From contig JBHYGA010000005.1 in assembly GCA_051859245.1 (NCBI GenBank), positions 544,001 through 608,000 of the forward strand: a DNA stretch of 64,000 nucleotides, written 5' to 3'. The notes below the pieces were generated by a model that was given only the letters and a program-made list of their open reading frames with translations, did no database searches and had not been told where the DNA came from. Within the stretch, counting starts at the first letter, position 1; each line of letters starts with the position of its first letter. Below are positions 9,451 to 18,417 of the stretch, piece after piece. Origin of the DNA: Gemmatimonadaceae bacterium (GTDB lineage Bacteria; Gemmatimonadota; Gemmatimonadetes; Gemmatimonadales; Gemmatimonadaceae). The position numbers and the translations under genes were made by a program.

Positions 9451-12400
9451 TTGGCCACACCTCCCGCCATCGATCACAACGCCGCCGACCGCTCGCGCTG
9501 GCCCTGGCTCTGGACGAGCGCCGGCCTGGTGTCATCATTTGCGATCGCGCGCTGGCAACAAGCCGAACTGCTGCATTGGCTCGTGCTGGCCACCGTTGGA
9601 TTGGTGGTCATGCTGATCACCATTCGAAAGCTCGCGCGTCCCCGCATCTTTCCCGTGCTGGCGGTGTGTTCGCTCGCCGTGGCGCTCGGTATTGCGGCGG
9701 CCGAGACGAGCGCGTTGCGCGATCTGGCGCGCGCTGGCGAGATGTGGGCGTTGGCGGCACGCAATCGCGATGTCGCGCGTGTGGCCGACGCGATCGCCGC
9801 AGCGCGCGTGGAGCTCACACGCGCCGCATCCGAGGCCGCCACGAGTGGACTCGCCACGGTGCCGGAGATTCGAGAGGCGGAGTCGGCGGTGGCCGTGTTC
9901 GAAAGCGGGCGACTAATGACGCGTGCGGGACAATCGCGCGTAACACTCGCTGCCGGACCGGATGGCATCACGTTTGAGCAGGGGCTGTTTCACAGTGTGT
10001 TGATCGTGCGTGTCACGAGCGGACCCCGCACTGCGGTGGCCACCACACTGCTCGCGGCGGCGCCGCCGGCTGATCGATTTGCACGCGCGCTGATTCCCAA
10101 TGTTGTCGCGCGCGACCTCGCACCGTCGATCAGACTGGAGCGACCATCAACATTGTATCCGGTGGATCCCACTGAGCCGTTGCGTCGCGCTGTACCGCGC
10201 AGTGCGAATGACAACACGCCGATTGTGGTGATTTCAGCCGCGCCACGTTCATTGGACGAAGCGCGACTCTCCGGTATGCAGCGCGCGCGCGTGCGCACGT
10301 CGGTGCCGCTTGCGGTTGCCGCACTGTGTGTGCTCGTGGTGGCGTGGAGGCGACCGGCCCGACTTCGCGAACGACTGCTGAGCGTGTTCGCACTGCTCGC
10401 CACCATCGCCGTGGCACCGCTCGGCGCGTTGTCAAACGTGTCGCCGCTCTTCAACGCCGCGAACTATTACTCGGCCGTGGCCGGTCCATTTACCGGCAAC
10501 ATTGCCGCGCTCACGCTGGCCGCCGCGTTGGCCTTGCTGGCACTGTTTCGAGTGCTGCGCAGTACGCGACTGGTGGAATCGCGGCGTGTGGCGGTGGCGC
10601 TTGTGGTTGGTATTGCGATTCTCGGTCCGTTCGCACTGCGCGATCTTGCGCGCGGCATCGCGTTTCCGCCGAGCGGACCAAGCGTTGGATTGTGGATTGC
10701 GTGGCAGTTGGCGATTGCATTGGCAGCGGCCGGTATCTTGATCGCGGGTGCAAGCGCGGGTCAGGTGGTGATTGGCAGACGACGCGGGCTGTCCGTAACC
10801 ATTGGTCCTGTGGTCGCGGCGCTGGCTGCGATTGCCGCGCCACTGCTGTGGCAAGCACCTGGTGAATGGCCGTCATGGTATCCGTTGTTCTGGATTGTAG
10901 CGATTGCCTGTCTCGCGTTTGCACGACGCGGTCGCGGATTGGTGACAGCGGTGGCCGTGGTGGCGGGGTGCGGTTCCATCACGCTCACGTGGGGTGCAAC
11001 CACACGCACGCGCATGCAGTTGGCCGAGCGCGATGTGCAACGACTTGGTGTGGTGGACGAAAGTGCGTATCCGTTGCTGGCGCGATTTGCTGAGTCGCTG
11101 AATAGCGAACGTCAACCGCCGGATCGGGCGCGTCTGGTGCAAGCGTACGCGTCGTCCGAGTTGGCGCGTGCAGGCTATCCGGCGCGCTTGGCTATGTGGA
11201 GTGCGGTGTCACCGAATGCGCCGATTGCGTCGGTATCACTGACCACGATCATTGACGCGGGCGGTGTGCAGGAAGCGATGGCCTCGATGGTGCGAACGGT
11301 TGGCGAAGCCGAAATTCGATCGGCCGATGACGGACCATTCACAATGCTCGTGGCTGCGGTGCCGTTTGGCACGGATCTGGTGGCTACGATTGCGGTGCCG
11401 CCTCGCACGTGGTTGTTGCCACCCGATCCGTTCGCGCGACTGACGGGACTTGCTTCAACGCCGGATCGCGCGCCGCCATACCAACTGTCGCTCGGCGCAA
11501 TGCTTGCCGGTCAACGTGATTCGTTGTCGGATCGCATGTTGTGGGAGCGTCGTGGCAACATCATGGCGGGTGATGCTGGTGTCGGCACCGACATTGAGCG
11601 TCGACGTGCACACGTTGAAGTGGATCTGCGAGGCATGGACGCACTGTTGCCGCGTGGCGCACTGCTGGTGCTGTTCGACGTGGCCATCGTGCTGCTCGTG
11701 TGGGCGGCGAGTGCCATGGCCGACGGCGGTTTCTGGCGCTGGCTGCGCTGGCAGCGTGCGCGGTGGCGGCGTTCGTATCGCTCGAGGTTGTCGATCGCGC
11801 TGCTCACGTTCTTTCTGGCGCCGGCGGTCGCGTTTGCCGCGTGGGAAACGTATCGCCTCCGCGAAGACGATCGAAACGCACGCGAGTTGCTGGTGCGCGA
11901 AGCGTTGCGGCGCGCCGAGTTGCCAACGTCGCGCGATACCTTGGCGCTCTCGCAGCTGGTGTCCACGAACGTGCTCGCAGATCTCGCCGCCGATGTTGGT
12001 GGTCCGCTGTTTGCGTTTCGCGATGGTGTGCTGGCGGAAGCCAGTGATCCTGTGCTTACCGCACTGGCACCGTTTGGCACGCTGTTGCCCGAGGGCGTGC
12101 CGAGTGGTGTGTTGGGTGATGCGGTGCGACTTGATGCCAACACGGAGCTTTCGTTTACGCAAACGGTGCTGCTTGAAACACGCAGCGCACTCGTGGCCTA
12201 TCGCCCAACGATTGGTCCGGCGGGTGTGCCGCTGGTGATTGCCACCGCTGCTCGTGGTGATGAGTTTGCGCTCGACGCACGACGTGCTGATCTCGCTGTA
12301 CTCGTTGCGGTGGTGATTGCGGCCGGCGTGTTGGCGGCGCTGTGGTTGAGTGGTGCGGCGGCGCGTACACTCGCACGTCCGATTGGCACCCTGCGTGACG

Positions 12401-13644
12401 CGGCACTGGCGATTGCGAGCGGACGACCAATGCCACCGCTCGATGCGATGCCACCGGCGGAGTTCGTGCCGGTGTTCGGTGCGTTTGCGCGCATGGCTAC
12501 GGATCTTTCCACCAGTCGCGCGGCGCTTGAAGAAGCACAGCGACGCACGGCGGCGGTGTTGCGCGAAGTTGCGAGTGGCGTAGTGGCGGTGCGTCACGAC
12601 GGCACCGTGTTGCTGGCGAATCCGCGCGCGGAAGCGCTGTTTGGTGCAACCCTCGCGCCAGGTACGCCGGTGCTTTCGGCCAACGGTTCCAATAGCGCGT
12701 TTGGTGATTGGTCACGCGTTGCACCGCGTGTGCAAGAGTTTCTCGAACGTCCTGATCGATCCGCCGACGCGTTTGACGTGACGATTCCGGCGCGTGTAGC
12801 GGATCGTGATGGTGCAAGCGTGCGCGGTGTGCGTGATGACGATGCCGCGAGCGAACCCCCAATGGATCGGCAATTGCGCGCCTCGCTCACGCGATTGCCT
12901 GGCGGCGCCGTACTTACGCTTGATGATGTCACGGAGCTGGCCACGGCGCAGCGCGTGCTCGCGTGGGGAGAAATGGCGCGACAGGTGGCCCACGAAATCA
13001 AGAATCCGCTCACACCGATTCGTTTGGGCGTGCAGCATTTGCGCCGTGCATGGCGCGATGGTCGTGCGGATTTCTCCACGATTCTTGATACGAATGTCAC
13101 GCGCATTCTGAGCGAGATCGATCATCTGGATGAAATCGCGAAGGCGTTCAGCAGATATGGCAGTGTGCCGGCGGATCGTGCGCCGGGCGAAGCGGTGGAT
13201 GTGGCGCTTGTTGCGCGGGATGTGATTGCGCTCGAGCGCATGGGTGAAGGCGATGTGTCGTGGGAGTTGACGGTGGGCAGCGTGTCGCTTGCTCGGCCAG
13301 ACGATAAGGCGGAACCGGTGATGGCAATAGCGCGGGCCGACGAGCTGAAAGAGGTGTTGCTGAACCTGTTGGAGAACGCACGGCTCGCGAATGCCACGCG
13401 TGTGCACATGTCGATCGCGCGCAGCACGGAGAGCATCACCATTGTGGTGCGCGACGATGGTGGCGGGATTTCCGGCGATGTGTTGCCGTACATTTTTCAG
13501 CCGCACTTCTCCACCCGAACAAGTGGCAGCGGGCTGGGGCTCGCCATAAGCCGACGGCTTCTTGAAGGGTGGGGCGGCAGCATTGCCGTGGCCAGCGAAA
13601 TTGGCGTGGGCTCTACGCTCACCGTCACGCTGAAATCCGCTTAA
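9451..13644 (+). CDS. Large multi-TM sensor histidine kinase (NtrY-like; HAMP-PAS-HisKA-HATPase)
   Basis: H-box AWGEMARQVAHEIKNPLTPI, N-box LLNLLENA, DDGGG, F-box IFQPHFST, G2 GSGLGLAI. Confidence 0.92.
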   Translation: MATPPAIDHNAADRSRWPWLWTSAGLVSSFAIARWQQAELLHWLVLATVGLVVMLITIRKLARPRIFPVLAVCSLAVALGIAAAETSALRDLARAGEMWALAARNRDVARVADAIAAARVELTRAASEAATSGLATVPEIREAESAVAVFESGRLMTRAGQSRVTLAAGPDGITFEQGLFHSVLIVRVTSGPRTAVATTLLAAAPPADRFARALIPNVVARDLAPSIRLERPSTLYPVDPTEPLRRAVPRSANDNTPIVVISAAPRSLDEARLSGMQRARVRTSVPLAVAALCVLVVAWRRPARLRERLLSVFALLATIAVAPLGALSNVSPLFNAANYYSAVAGPFTGNIAALTLAAALALLALFRVLRSTRLVESRRVAVALVVGIAILGPFALRDLARGIAFPPSGPSVGLWIAWQLAIALAAAGILIAGASAGQVVIGRRRGLSVTIGPVVAALAAIAAPLLWQAPGEWPSWYPLFWIVAIACLAFARRGRGLVTAVAVVAGCGSITLTWGATTRTRMQLAERDVQRLGVVDESAYPLLARFAESLNSERQPPDRARLVQAYASSELARAGYPARLAMWSAVSPNAPIASVSLTTIIDAGGVQEAMASMVRTVGEAEIRSADDGPFTMLVAAVPFGTDLVATIAVPPRTWLLPPDPFARLTGLASTPDRAPPYQLSLGAMLAGQRDSLSDRMLWERRGNIMAGDAGVGTDIERRRAHVEVDLRGMDALLPRGALLVLFDVAIVLLVWAASAMADGGFWRWLRWQRARWRRSYRSRLSIALLTFFLAPAVAFAAWETYRLREDDRNARELLVREALRRAELPTSRDTLALSQLVSTNVLADLAADVGGPLFAFRDGVLAEASDPVLTALAPFGTLLPEGVPSGVLGDAVRLDANTELSFTQTVLLETRSALVAYRPTIGPAGVPLVIATAARGDEFALDARRADLAVLVAVVIAAGVLAALWLSGAAARTLARPIGTLRDAALAIASGRPMPPLDAMPPAEFVPVFGAFARMATDLSTSRAALEEAQRRTAAVLREVASGVVAVRHDGTVLLANPRAEALFGATLAPGTPVLSANGSNSAFGDWSRVAPRVQEFLERPDRSADAFDVTIPARVADRDGASVRGVRDDDAASEPPMDRQLRASLTRLPGGAVLTLDDVTELATAQRVLAWGEMARQVAHEIKNPLTPIRLGVQHLRRAWRDGRADFSTILDTNVTRILSEIDHLDEIAKAFSRYGSVPADRAPGEAVDVALVARDVIALERMGEGDVSWELTVGSVSLARPDDKAEPVMAIARADELKEVLLNLLENARLANATRVHMSIARSTESITIVVRDDGGGISGDVLPYIFQPHFSTRTSGSGLGLAISRRLLEGWGGSIAVASEIGVGSTLTVTLKSA

Positions 13645-13654
13645 CTTCCCGCGC

Positions 13655-15469
13655 ATGGCCCCGGTCGATCCTATCCTTACGCCAACGCGACTTCGGGCGG
13701 CACTGCCACGGCATTTGGCCGACTGGACATTGCCGCCGGGTTGGTCGTGGGGTCAGGACAGTGTGTGGGGTGACCGTCGACACTATCAGGAGTTGGTGGA
13801 CGCGCTCGGGCGCTCACTGTCGTTGGTGAGTGCCCCGGATCCGGCGCACGACGATTGGCTGCGTGATGAAGCGCGGGCGTTGGCGCACCGCAATCACCCG
13901 TCGATTCCCACCACGTACCACTACTGGGCGAACTATCGCGAGAGTCGGCGTGGACCGGGTTATCTGCGTCGCTGGATCGCCGGTGAAACGGTCGCGCAGC
14001 GCGTGGTACGCATGGGGCCCGAGTCGGTGCCCACGGTGCTGCAGGTGTTGCGCGAGGCCGGAAGCACGCTGGCGTATTTGCACGACGCGGGTTCGCTGCA
14101 TCGTGCGTTGTCGGCGTACAACGTGTGGCTCACGCCAGGCGGGCGCCTGTGGCTGCTCGGCTGGGAGTGGGCGCTGTCACCGGATCAGATTCCGGCAGGA
14201 CTGCTCCCCGATCCCGCGCGCACGCCGCAGGCACCCGAGTGGCGCGGTGGTGATGTGACGCCAACAATGGCCAGTGATCAATGGCAGTTGGCCGCCATGG
14301 TCTTCACGGCGCTCACCGGTGAAACGCCGCCGGAGCGTGACGCACCACCGATTACGCTGTTGCGTCCGGATTGTCCGGTGGGATTGGCGCGCGCGCTGGA
14401 ACAGGCGTTGCACAGCGATCCGAACGAACGCTTCCCGTCGGTACGCACATTCTTGCGTGAAGTGGATCGTGGAGCGAGCGGGCGCGTGATCATGGTCGGC
14501 CCTGATGGCAGTGACCGGCAAACGGCGCAGGAAACGCCGGAGTCACGACTGCGCTGGGCCACCAGTGATGACTACGAAATTCTCGCACCACTTGGCTCAG
14601 GCACGTTTGGTAGTGTGTGGCGGGCGCGCGATCTCACGCTCGCTCGCGAAGTCGCGATCAAAGTGTTGCACCCGCACATCGCAAAAGATGATGTGGCGGT
14701 GTCGCGCTTTCGTCGTGAAGCGCGACTCGCGGCACAACTCGCGCACCCGGCGATTGTGCCGATCTACGACAGCGACGAACGCAGTGGTGTGGTGTGGTAC
14801 ACCATGGAGCTGGCCGAAGGCGGATCGGTGGCGAGTTTGATTGCGCGCCGCGGTCCGCGTGATTTTGAAGAAATCGCGATGCCCGTGGACGGTGTGCTCG
14901 ATGGACTGATGACCGCGCACGCGAGCGGAATTATTCATCGCGATCTCAAGCCAGAGAACATTCTGATCGATCGCTATCGTCGTTGGCGCATTGGTGATTT
15001 TGGTATTGCGCAAGCGTGGGGTGAAGATCCGACCACAGGTTCTTCGGGCACGCCGGCGTTTGCGGCACCTGAACAACTGCTCGGCGAAGCACAGGGACCG
15101 GCCACCGATTGTTATGCAATCGCGGGCATTGTGTACTTTGTGCTGACCGGTCGTGCGCCGTTTGGTGATGCGAGTGCGGAGCAGGTGCTGGCGCAGCAGC
15201 TCGGCGATCGGCTCACTGAACGATTGCAGTTGGCCGCGTTTCCGGAACCGCTCGAAGAGTTCCTGGTCAAAGGTTTGCACCCGCGCGCGGACGAGCGCTT
15301 CAGCGATGCGAGCGAACTGCGTCTGGCGTGGCGTCAGGTGGTGAAAGCCATGCGCCGCGCCGATGATCCGCGGCCGTGGTGGCGCCGCGTGTTTGAAGGA
15401 CCGATGGACGGAGACGACGAAGCGTTCGACGATCCGTTGCTCGGCTCGGGCGTGCGCGACACCAGATAG
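13655..15469 (+). CDS. Hanks-type Ser/Thr protein kinase with an N-terminal degenerate kinase domain
   Basis: C-terminal domain: LGSGTFG, VAIK, HRDLKPEN, DFG, GTPAFAAPE. N-terminal domain: HRALSAYN, LGWEW, QAPE. Confidence 0.9.
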   Translation: MAPVDPILTPTRLRAALPRHLADWTLPPGWSWGQDSVWGDRRHYQELVDALGRSLSLVSAPDPAHDDWLRDEARALAHRNHPSIPTTYHYWANYRESRRGPGYLRRWIAGETVAQRVVRMGPESVPTVLQVLREAGSTLAYLHDAGSLHRALSAYNVWLTPGGRLWLLGWEWALSPDQIPAGLLPDPARTPQAPEWRGGDVTPTMASDQWQLAAMVFTALTGETPPERDAPPITLLRPDCPVGLARALEQALHSDPNERFPSVRTFLREVDRGASGRVIMVGPDGSDRQTAQETPESRLRWATSDDYEILAPLGSGTFGSVWRARDLTLAREVAIKVLHPHIAKDDVAVSRFRREARLAAQLAHPAIVPIYDSDERSGVVWYTMELAEGGSVASLIARRGPRDFEEIAMPVDGVLDGLMTAHASGIIHRDLKPENILIDRYRRWRIGDFGIAQAWGEDPTTGSSGTPAFAAPEQLLGEAQGPATDCYAIAGIVYFVLTGRAPFGDASAEQVLAQQLGDRLTERLQLAAFPEPLEEFLVKGLHPRADERFSDASELRLAWRQVVKAMRRADDPRPWWRRVFEGPMDGDDEAFDDPLLGSGVRDTR

Positions 15470-15478
15470 TTCGCGTGG

Positions 15479-16861
15479 CTATTCGGCCACGCGAATTGTT
15501 TTCACGTTGGTGAACTCCCGGAAGCCGGGCGTTCCAAGCTCGCGCCCCATACCGGATTGTTTCACGCCGCCAAACGGCACGCGCGGATCAGACGCCACCA
15601 CTTCATTCACGAATACCATGCCCGCTTCGAGCTCAGCCACGAAGCGGGCGGCACTGCGCGGATCGCGTGTCCAGACGCTGGCGCCGAGTCCGAAGCGCGT
15701 GTTGTTGGCGCGCGCCAGTGCGGCGTCGGCATCCGCAACGCGAAAGACGGCCGCCACGGGGCCGAACAGTTCGTCTTGTGCGGCCGGTGCGTTGTCCGGA
15801 ACATCCACCAGTATTGTGGGCGGATAGAAGAACCCATCGCCCTCGGGTACGCGTGCCGCGTACGCAACGTGCGCACCGGCGCTCACGGTGTCTTGCACCT
15901 GCTGGTGCAGATCGTCGCGAATGGAACGTGTGGCCATTGGACCCACGTCGGTGCGCGGATGTGTTGGATCACCGAGTCGCAGCGCTTTCATGGCGCGCGT
16001 GAATCCGTCAAGAAATTCGTCGTACACCGCGTCGCACACAATAAAACGTTTGGACGCGATACAGGATTGCCCGCCATTCACAATGCGACCGGCAACCGCG
16101 CTCTTCGCAGCGCGCGCGACATCGGCATCGGGCAGCACAATAAACGGATCGCTGCCGCCGAGCTCGAGCACCACTTTCTTAAGATGTTTTCCCGCTTCCG
16201 TTGCCACGGCGCGACCCGCGGCTTCGCTGCCGGTGAGTGTGACGGCGGCAATACGATCATCGGCAATCAGCGGGGCGATCTGATCGCTGCTAACCAGGAA
16301 GAGCGGCGCGATTGCAGGTGATGCGTCGGTCTCTGACGCCGCCTGCGCAATCAACATGTGCAACAGTTGCGCACAACCCGGAACAGAGGCGGCCGGTTTG
16401 TGCAACACGGCGTTGCCAGCGAGCAGGTTGGGCACGATTACGCGCATCGCCTGCCAGTACGGAAAATTCCACGGCATCACCGCGAGCAGCACACCGAGTG
16501 GCTGATATTCAACACGCCACGCGCCGAGCGTGTCTTCGGTGATGCGCTCCGGCGCGAGTGCACGGGGCGCGAGCTGTACCGCGAGCTCACAGAGCATGGC
16601 GCACTTGTCCACTTCGGCGCGCGCGGCGGCGAGTGGTTTGCCCATCTCTTCCGTGCACCGCGCGGCCAGTTGTTCTCGTTCGGTGCGCAGCAGCTCACCC
16701 AACCGTGTGATCAGCCGCGCGCGTTGCGCGAGCGAGCGATACCGCCACTCACGCTGCGCCGTAGTCGCCGCGTTCACGGCCTGCTCAACTTCTGCGGCGG
16801 TCAACGCGGGCGTGTCGCGCAGGATCGCTGCGGTAAACGGATTGGTGACTCGAAAGCTCAT
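15479..16861 (-). CDS. NAD(P)-dependent succinate-semialdehyde dehydrogenase-like aldehyde dehydrogenase
   Basis: VMPWNFP, TLTGS, LELGGSDP, NGGQSCIA, DELFGP, PFGGVKQSG. Confidence 0.92.
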   Translation of the reverse strand: MSFRVTNPFTAAILRDTPALTAAEVEQAVNAATTAQREWRYRSLAQRARLITRLGELLRTEREQLAARCTEEMGKPLAAARAEVDKCAMLCELAVQLAPRALAPERITEDTLGAWRVEYQPLGVLLAVMPWNFPYWQAMRVIVPNLLAGNAVLHKPAASVPGCAQLLHMLIAQAASETDASPAIAPLFLVSSDQIAPLIADDRIAAVTLTGSEAAGRAVATEAGKHLKKVVLELGGSDPFIVLPDADVARAAKSAVAGRIVNGGQSCIASKRFIVCDAVYDEFLDGFTRAMKALRLGDPTHPRTDVGPMATRSIRDDLHQQVQDTVSAGAHVAYAARVPEGDGFFYPPTILVDVPDNAPAAQDELFGPVAAVFRVADADAALARANNTRFGLGASVWTRDPRSAARFVAELEAGMVFVNEVVASDPRVPFGGVKQSGMGRELGTPGFREFTNVKTIRVAE

Positions 16862-16895
16862 GATGGGCCCGGAAGGTCAATGACGCTTCCGAACC

Positions 16896-18074
16896 CTACG
16901 CGGCGGAGACGGCTCCGGTCAACTCTGAGGCGGCGGTGGCGATGGCCGCGCGGCGCCGAGCCTTGGGCGTACGCGTGGACTGACTGATAGCCGACATCGC
17001 GGATCGCGCGGCGCGCCGCGACCGTTTGTGGTGCAGAAGATCCGCGTCGGCCGCATCGAGCAACGCATCGAGTGACGCGGCCTTCGAGGCGTTGGCATAC
17101 ACGTGTCCAACACTGATACCGATTGGTGCCGGGAGCAGGTTCAGCGCATTCAGCTCGTCGAGTCGTTCGGCGATTCGCGCGCGGATGGCACCATCGCAGG
17201 CACCAATCGCGTCAATCGCCAGAATGGTGAACTCATCGCCGCCCATGCGCGCGACCAGGTCGGTTTCGCGGACCGCGGCGCGGAGGACACGCGCGATTTC
17301 CCGAAGCGCCCGGTCACCCGTGGCGTGTCCGTGCACATCGTTGATCTGCTTGAAGGCGTCACAATCGAGGTAGAACAGCACGGCGTTGTGACCGTCAGCG
17401 CGCGCCTTGCTTAACCGTTCATCCGCGAGCGAAAGGAAGGCGCGTCGATTGAGCAGACCGGTGAGTTCATCGGTGAGTGACGCACGCTGCCAGCGCGCGG
17501 CCTCGCGCTTGCGCTCACGAATATCGGAGAGCGTGAGCGAGAGTCCGGTTTCAACAGGCACCGCACGCACGCGCAACCACGAGGTCGTGACATGGCGCGG
17601 ATGAGCGCGCACTTCATCGCGAAATGTGGCGCCGGTGGAGACGGTATTGACGAGCGACTGAAAGAGGGCGGTGTCCGGCGCGAGGCTTGCCAGCGCAGTC
17701 ACGCGAAATCCTTCGATATCAGCGAGCGTGCGGCGGAACATGCTCGCGACCCGTTCATTGGCGTCCGTGACCACAAAGTCGACGATCGCGCCCGAAGCGT
17801 CGCGTACCGGCTCGAGATGCACGAGTCCGTCCTCGCTCCCGTGCACCGACAGGCGCAGGCGGCGTTCTCGGCTGCGCAGCGTCTGGAGGTCGGTCGCTTG
17901 CTTTCGTGTCTGTTCGGCGAGCCGCTGATTGGTGCGACCCGAGAGCATGAGTGCGAACAATCCGGCGGACAACGTGAGCAGGACGAACAGCAGCGGAAAC
18001 GTGGAGACGGTACGCACGGTCGCGTCCACCACGAGATCAGGACTGTTTGATGCAGGTTCGAGCGAAGGCCACAT
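16896..18074 (-). CDS. Membrane-anchored PAS-GGDEF diguanylate cyclase (start uncertain: ATG 18074 or GTG 18017)
   Basis: TM segment, PAS-like region, TDELTGLLNRR, DCDAFKQINDVHGHATGD, RMGGDEF. The track start at 18164 lies inside the sigma-54 promoter. Confidence 0.88.
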   Translation of the reverse strand: MWPSLEPASNSPDLVVDATVRTVSTFPLLFVLLTLSAGLFALMLSGRTNQRLAEQTRKQATDLQTLRSRERRLRLSVHGSEDGLVHLEPVRDASGAIVDFVVTDANERVASMFRRTLADIEGFRVTALASLAPDTALFQSLVNTVSTGATFRDEVRAHPRHVTTSWLRVRAVPVETGLSLTLSDIRERKREAARWQRASLTDELTGLLNRRAFLSLADERLSKARADGHNAVLFYLDCDAFKQINDVHGHATGDRALREIARVLRAAVRETDLVARMGGDEFTILAIDAIGACDGAIRARIAERLDELNALNLLPAPIGISVGHVYANASKAASLDALLDAADADLLHHKRSRRAARSAMSAISQSTRTPKARRRAAIATAASELTGAVSAA

Positions 18075-18147
18075 ATAGGGAAGAGGGAGTTCGATCCGAT
18101 CGGGTGCGTGCCCAAGCGTCTGGTCACAGCAGCCGAGCCCATCCATA

Positions 18148-18163
18148 AGCAACGGTTGTGCCA
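18148..18163 (-). promoter_or_regulatory. Sigma-54 (-24/-12) promoter of the diguanylate cyclase gene
   Basis: Minus strand TGGCACAACCGTTGCT, i.e. TGGCAC-N5-TTGCT with exact GG-N10-GC spacing. Confidence 0.75.
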
Positions 18164-18172
18164 CGGGTCACA
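18157..18172. promoter_or_regulatory. CRP-like binding site overlapping the sigma-54 -24 element
   Basis: TGTGC-cacggg-TCACA, 9/10 match to TGTGA-N6-TCACA. Confidence 0.45.
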
Positions 18173-18237
18173 GAGGATGAATTCGCATGTGGATAACTTC
18201 TGTTCTTTGTTTTAAGACTTTGTAATTCAATGCGTTC

Positions 18238-18260
18238 AGTGTTCCAGTAAATGGAATACT
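18238..18260. promoter_or_regulatory. Inverted repeat, candidate upstream activating sequence for a sigma-54 enhancer-binding protein
   Basis: AGTGTTCCA-gtaaa-TGGAATACT, centred about 110 bp upstream of the predicted transcription start and beyond an AT-rich tract. Confidence 0.4.
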
Positions 18261-18417
18261 CGTGTAATCGCGGCTCGTCGCCCGGCCCTCCGCTCGGCCG
18301 CGCCAGAGGGACGAGAATGCCGCCCGATTGGCAGGCGGCAATTTTCGCCGGGTCGCGATGACGCCGATTTCGCGGCCACGCCCGGTCACCGAGGCGTGGC
18401 GTCAGGTTCCACCCTGC

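Noticed and set aside
18020..18140. Riboswitch in the diguanylate cyclase leader
   Set aside because: I could not recognise c-di-GMP-I/II or other riboswitch motifs by eye; an Infernal/Rfam search would be needed
18180..18260. AT-rich tract plus DnaA box as a replication origin
   Set aside because: Only one DnaA box and no dnaA/dnaN/parAB nearby; the sigma-54 promoter architecture explains the region better
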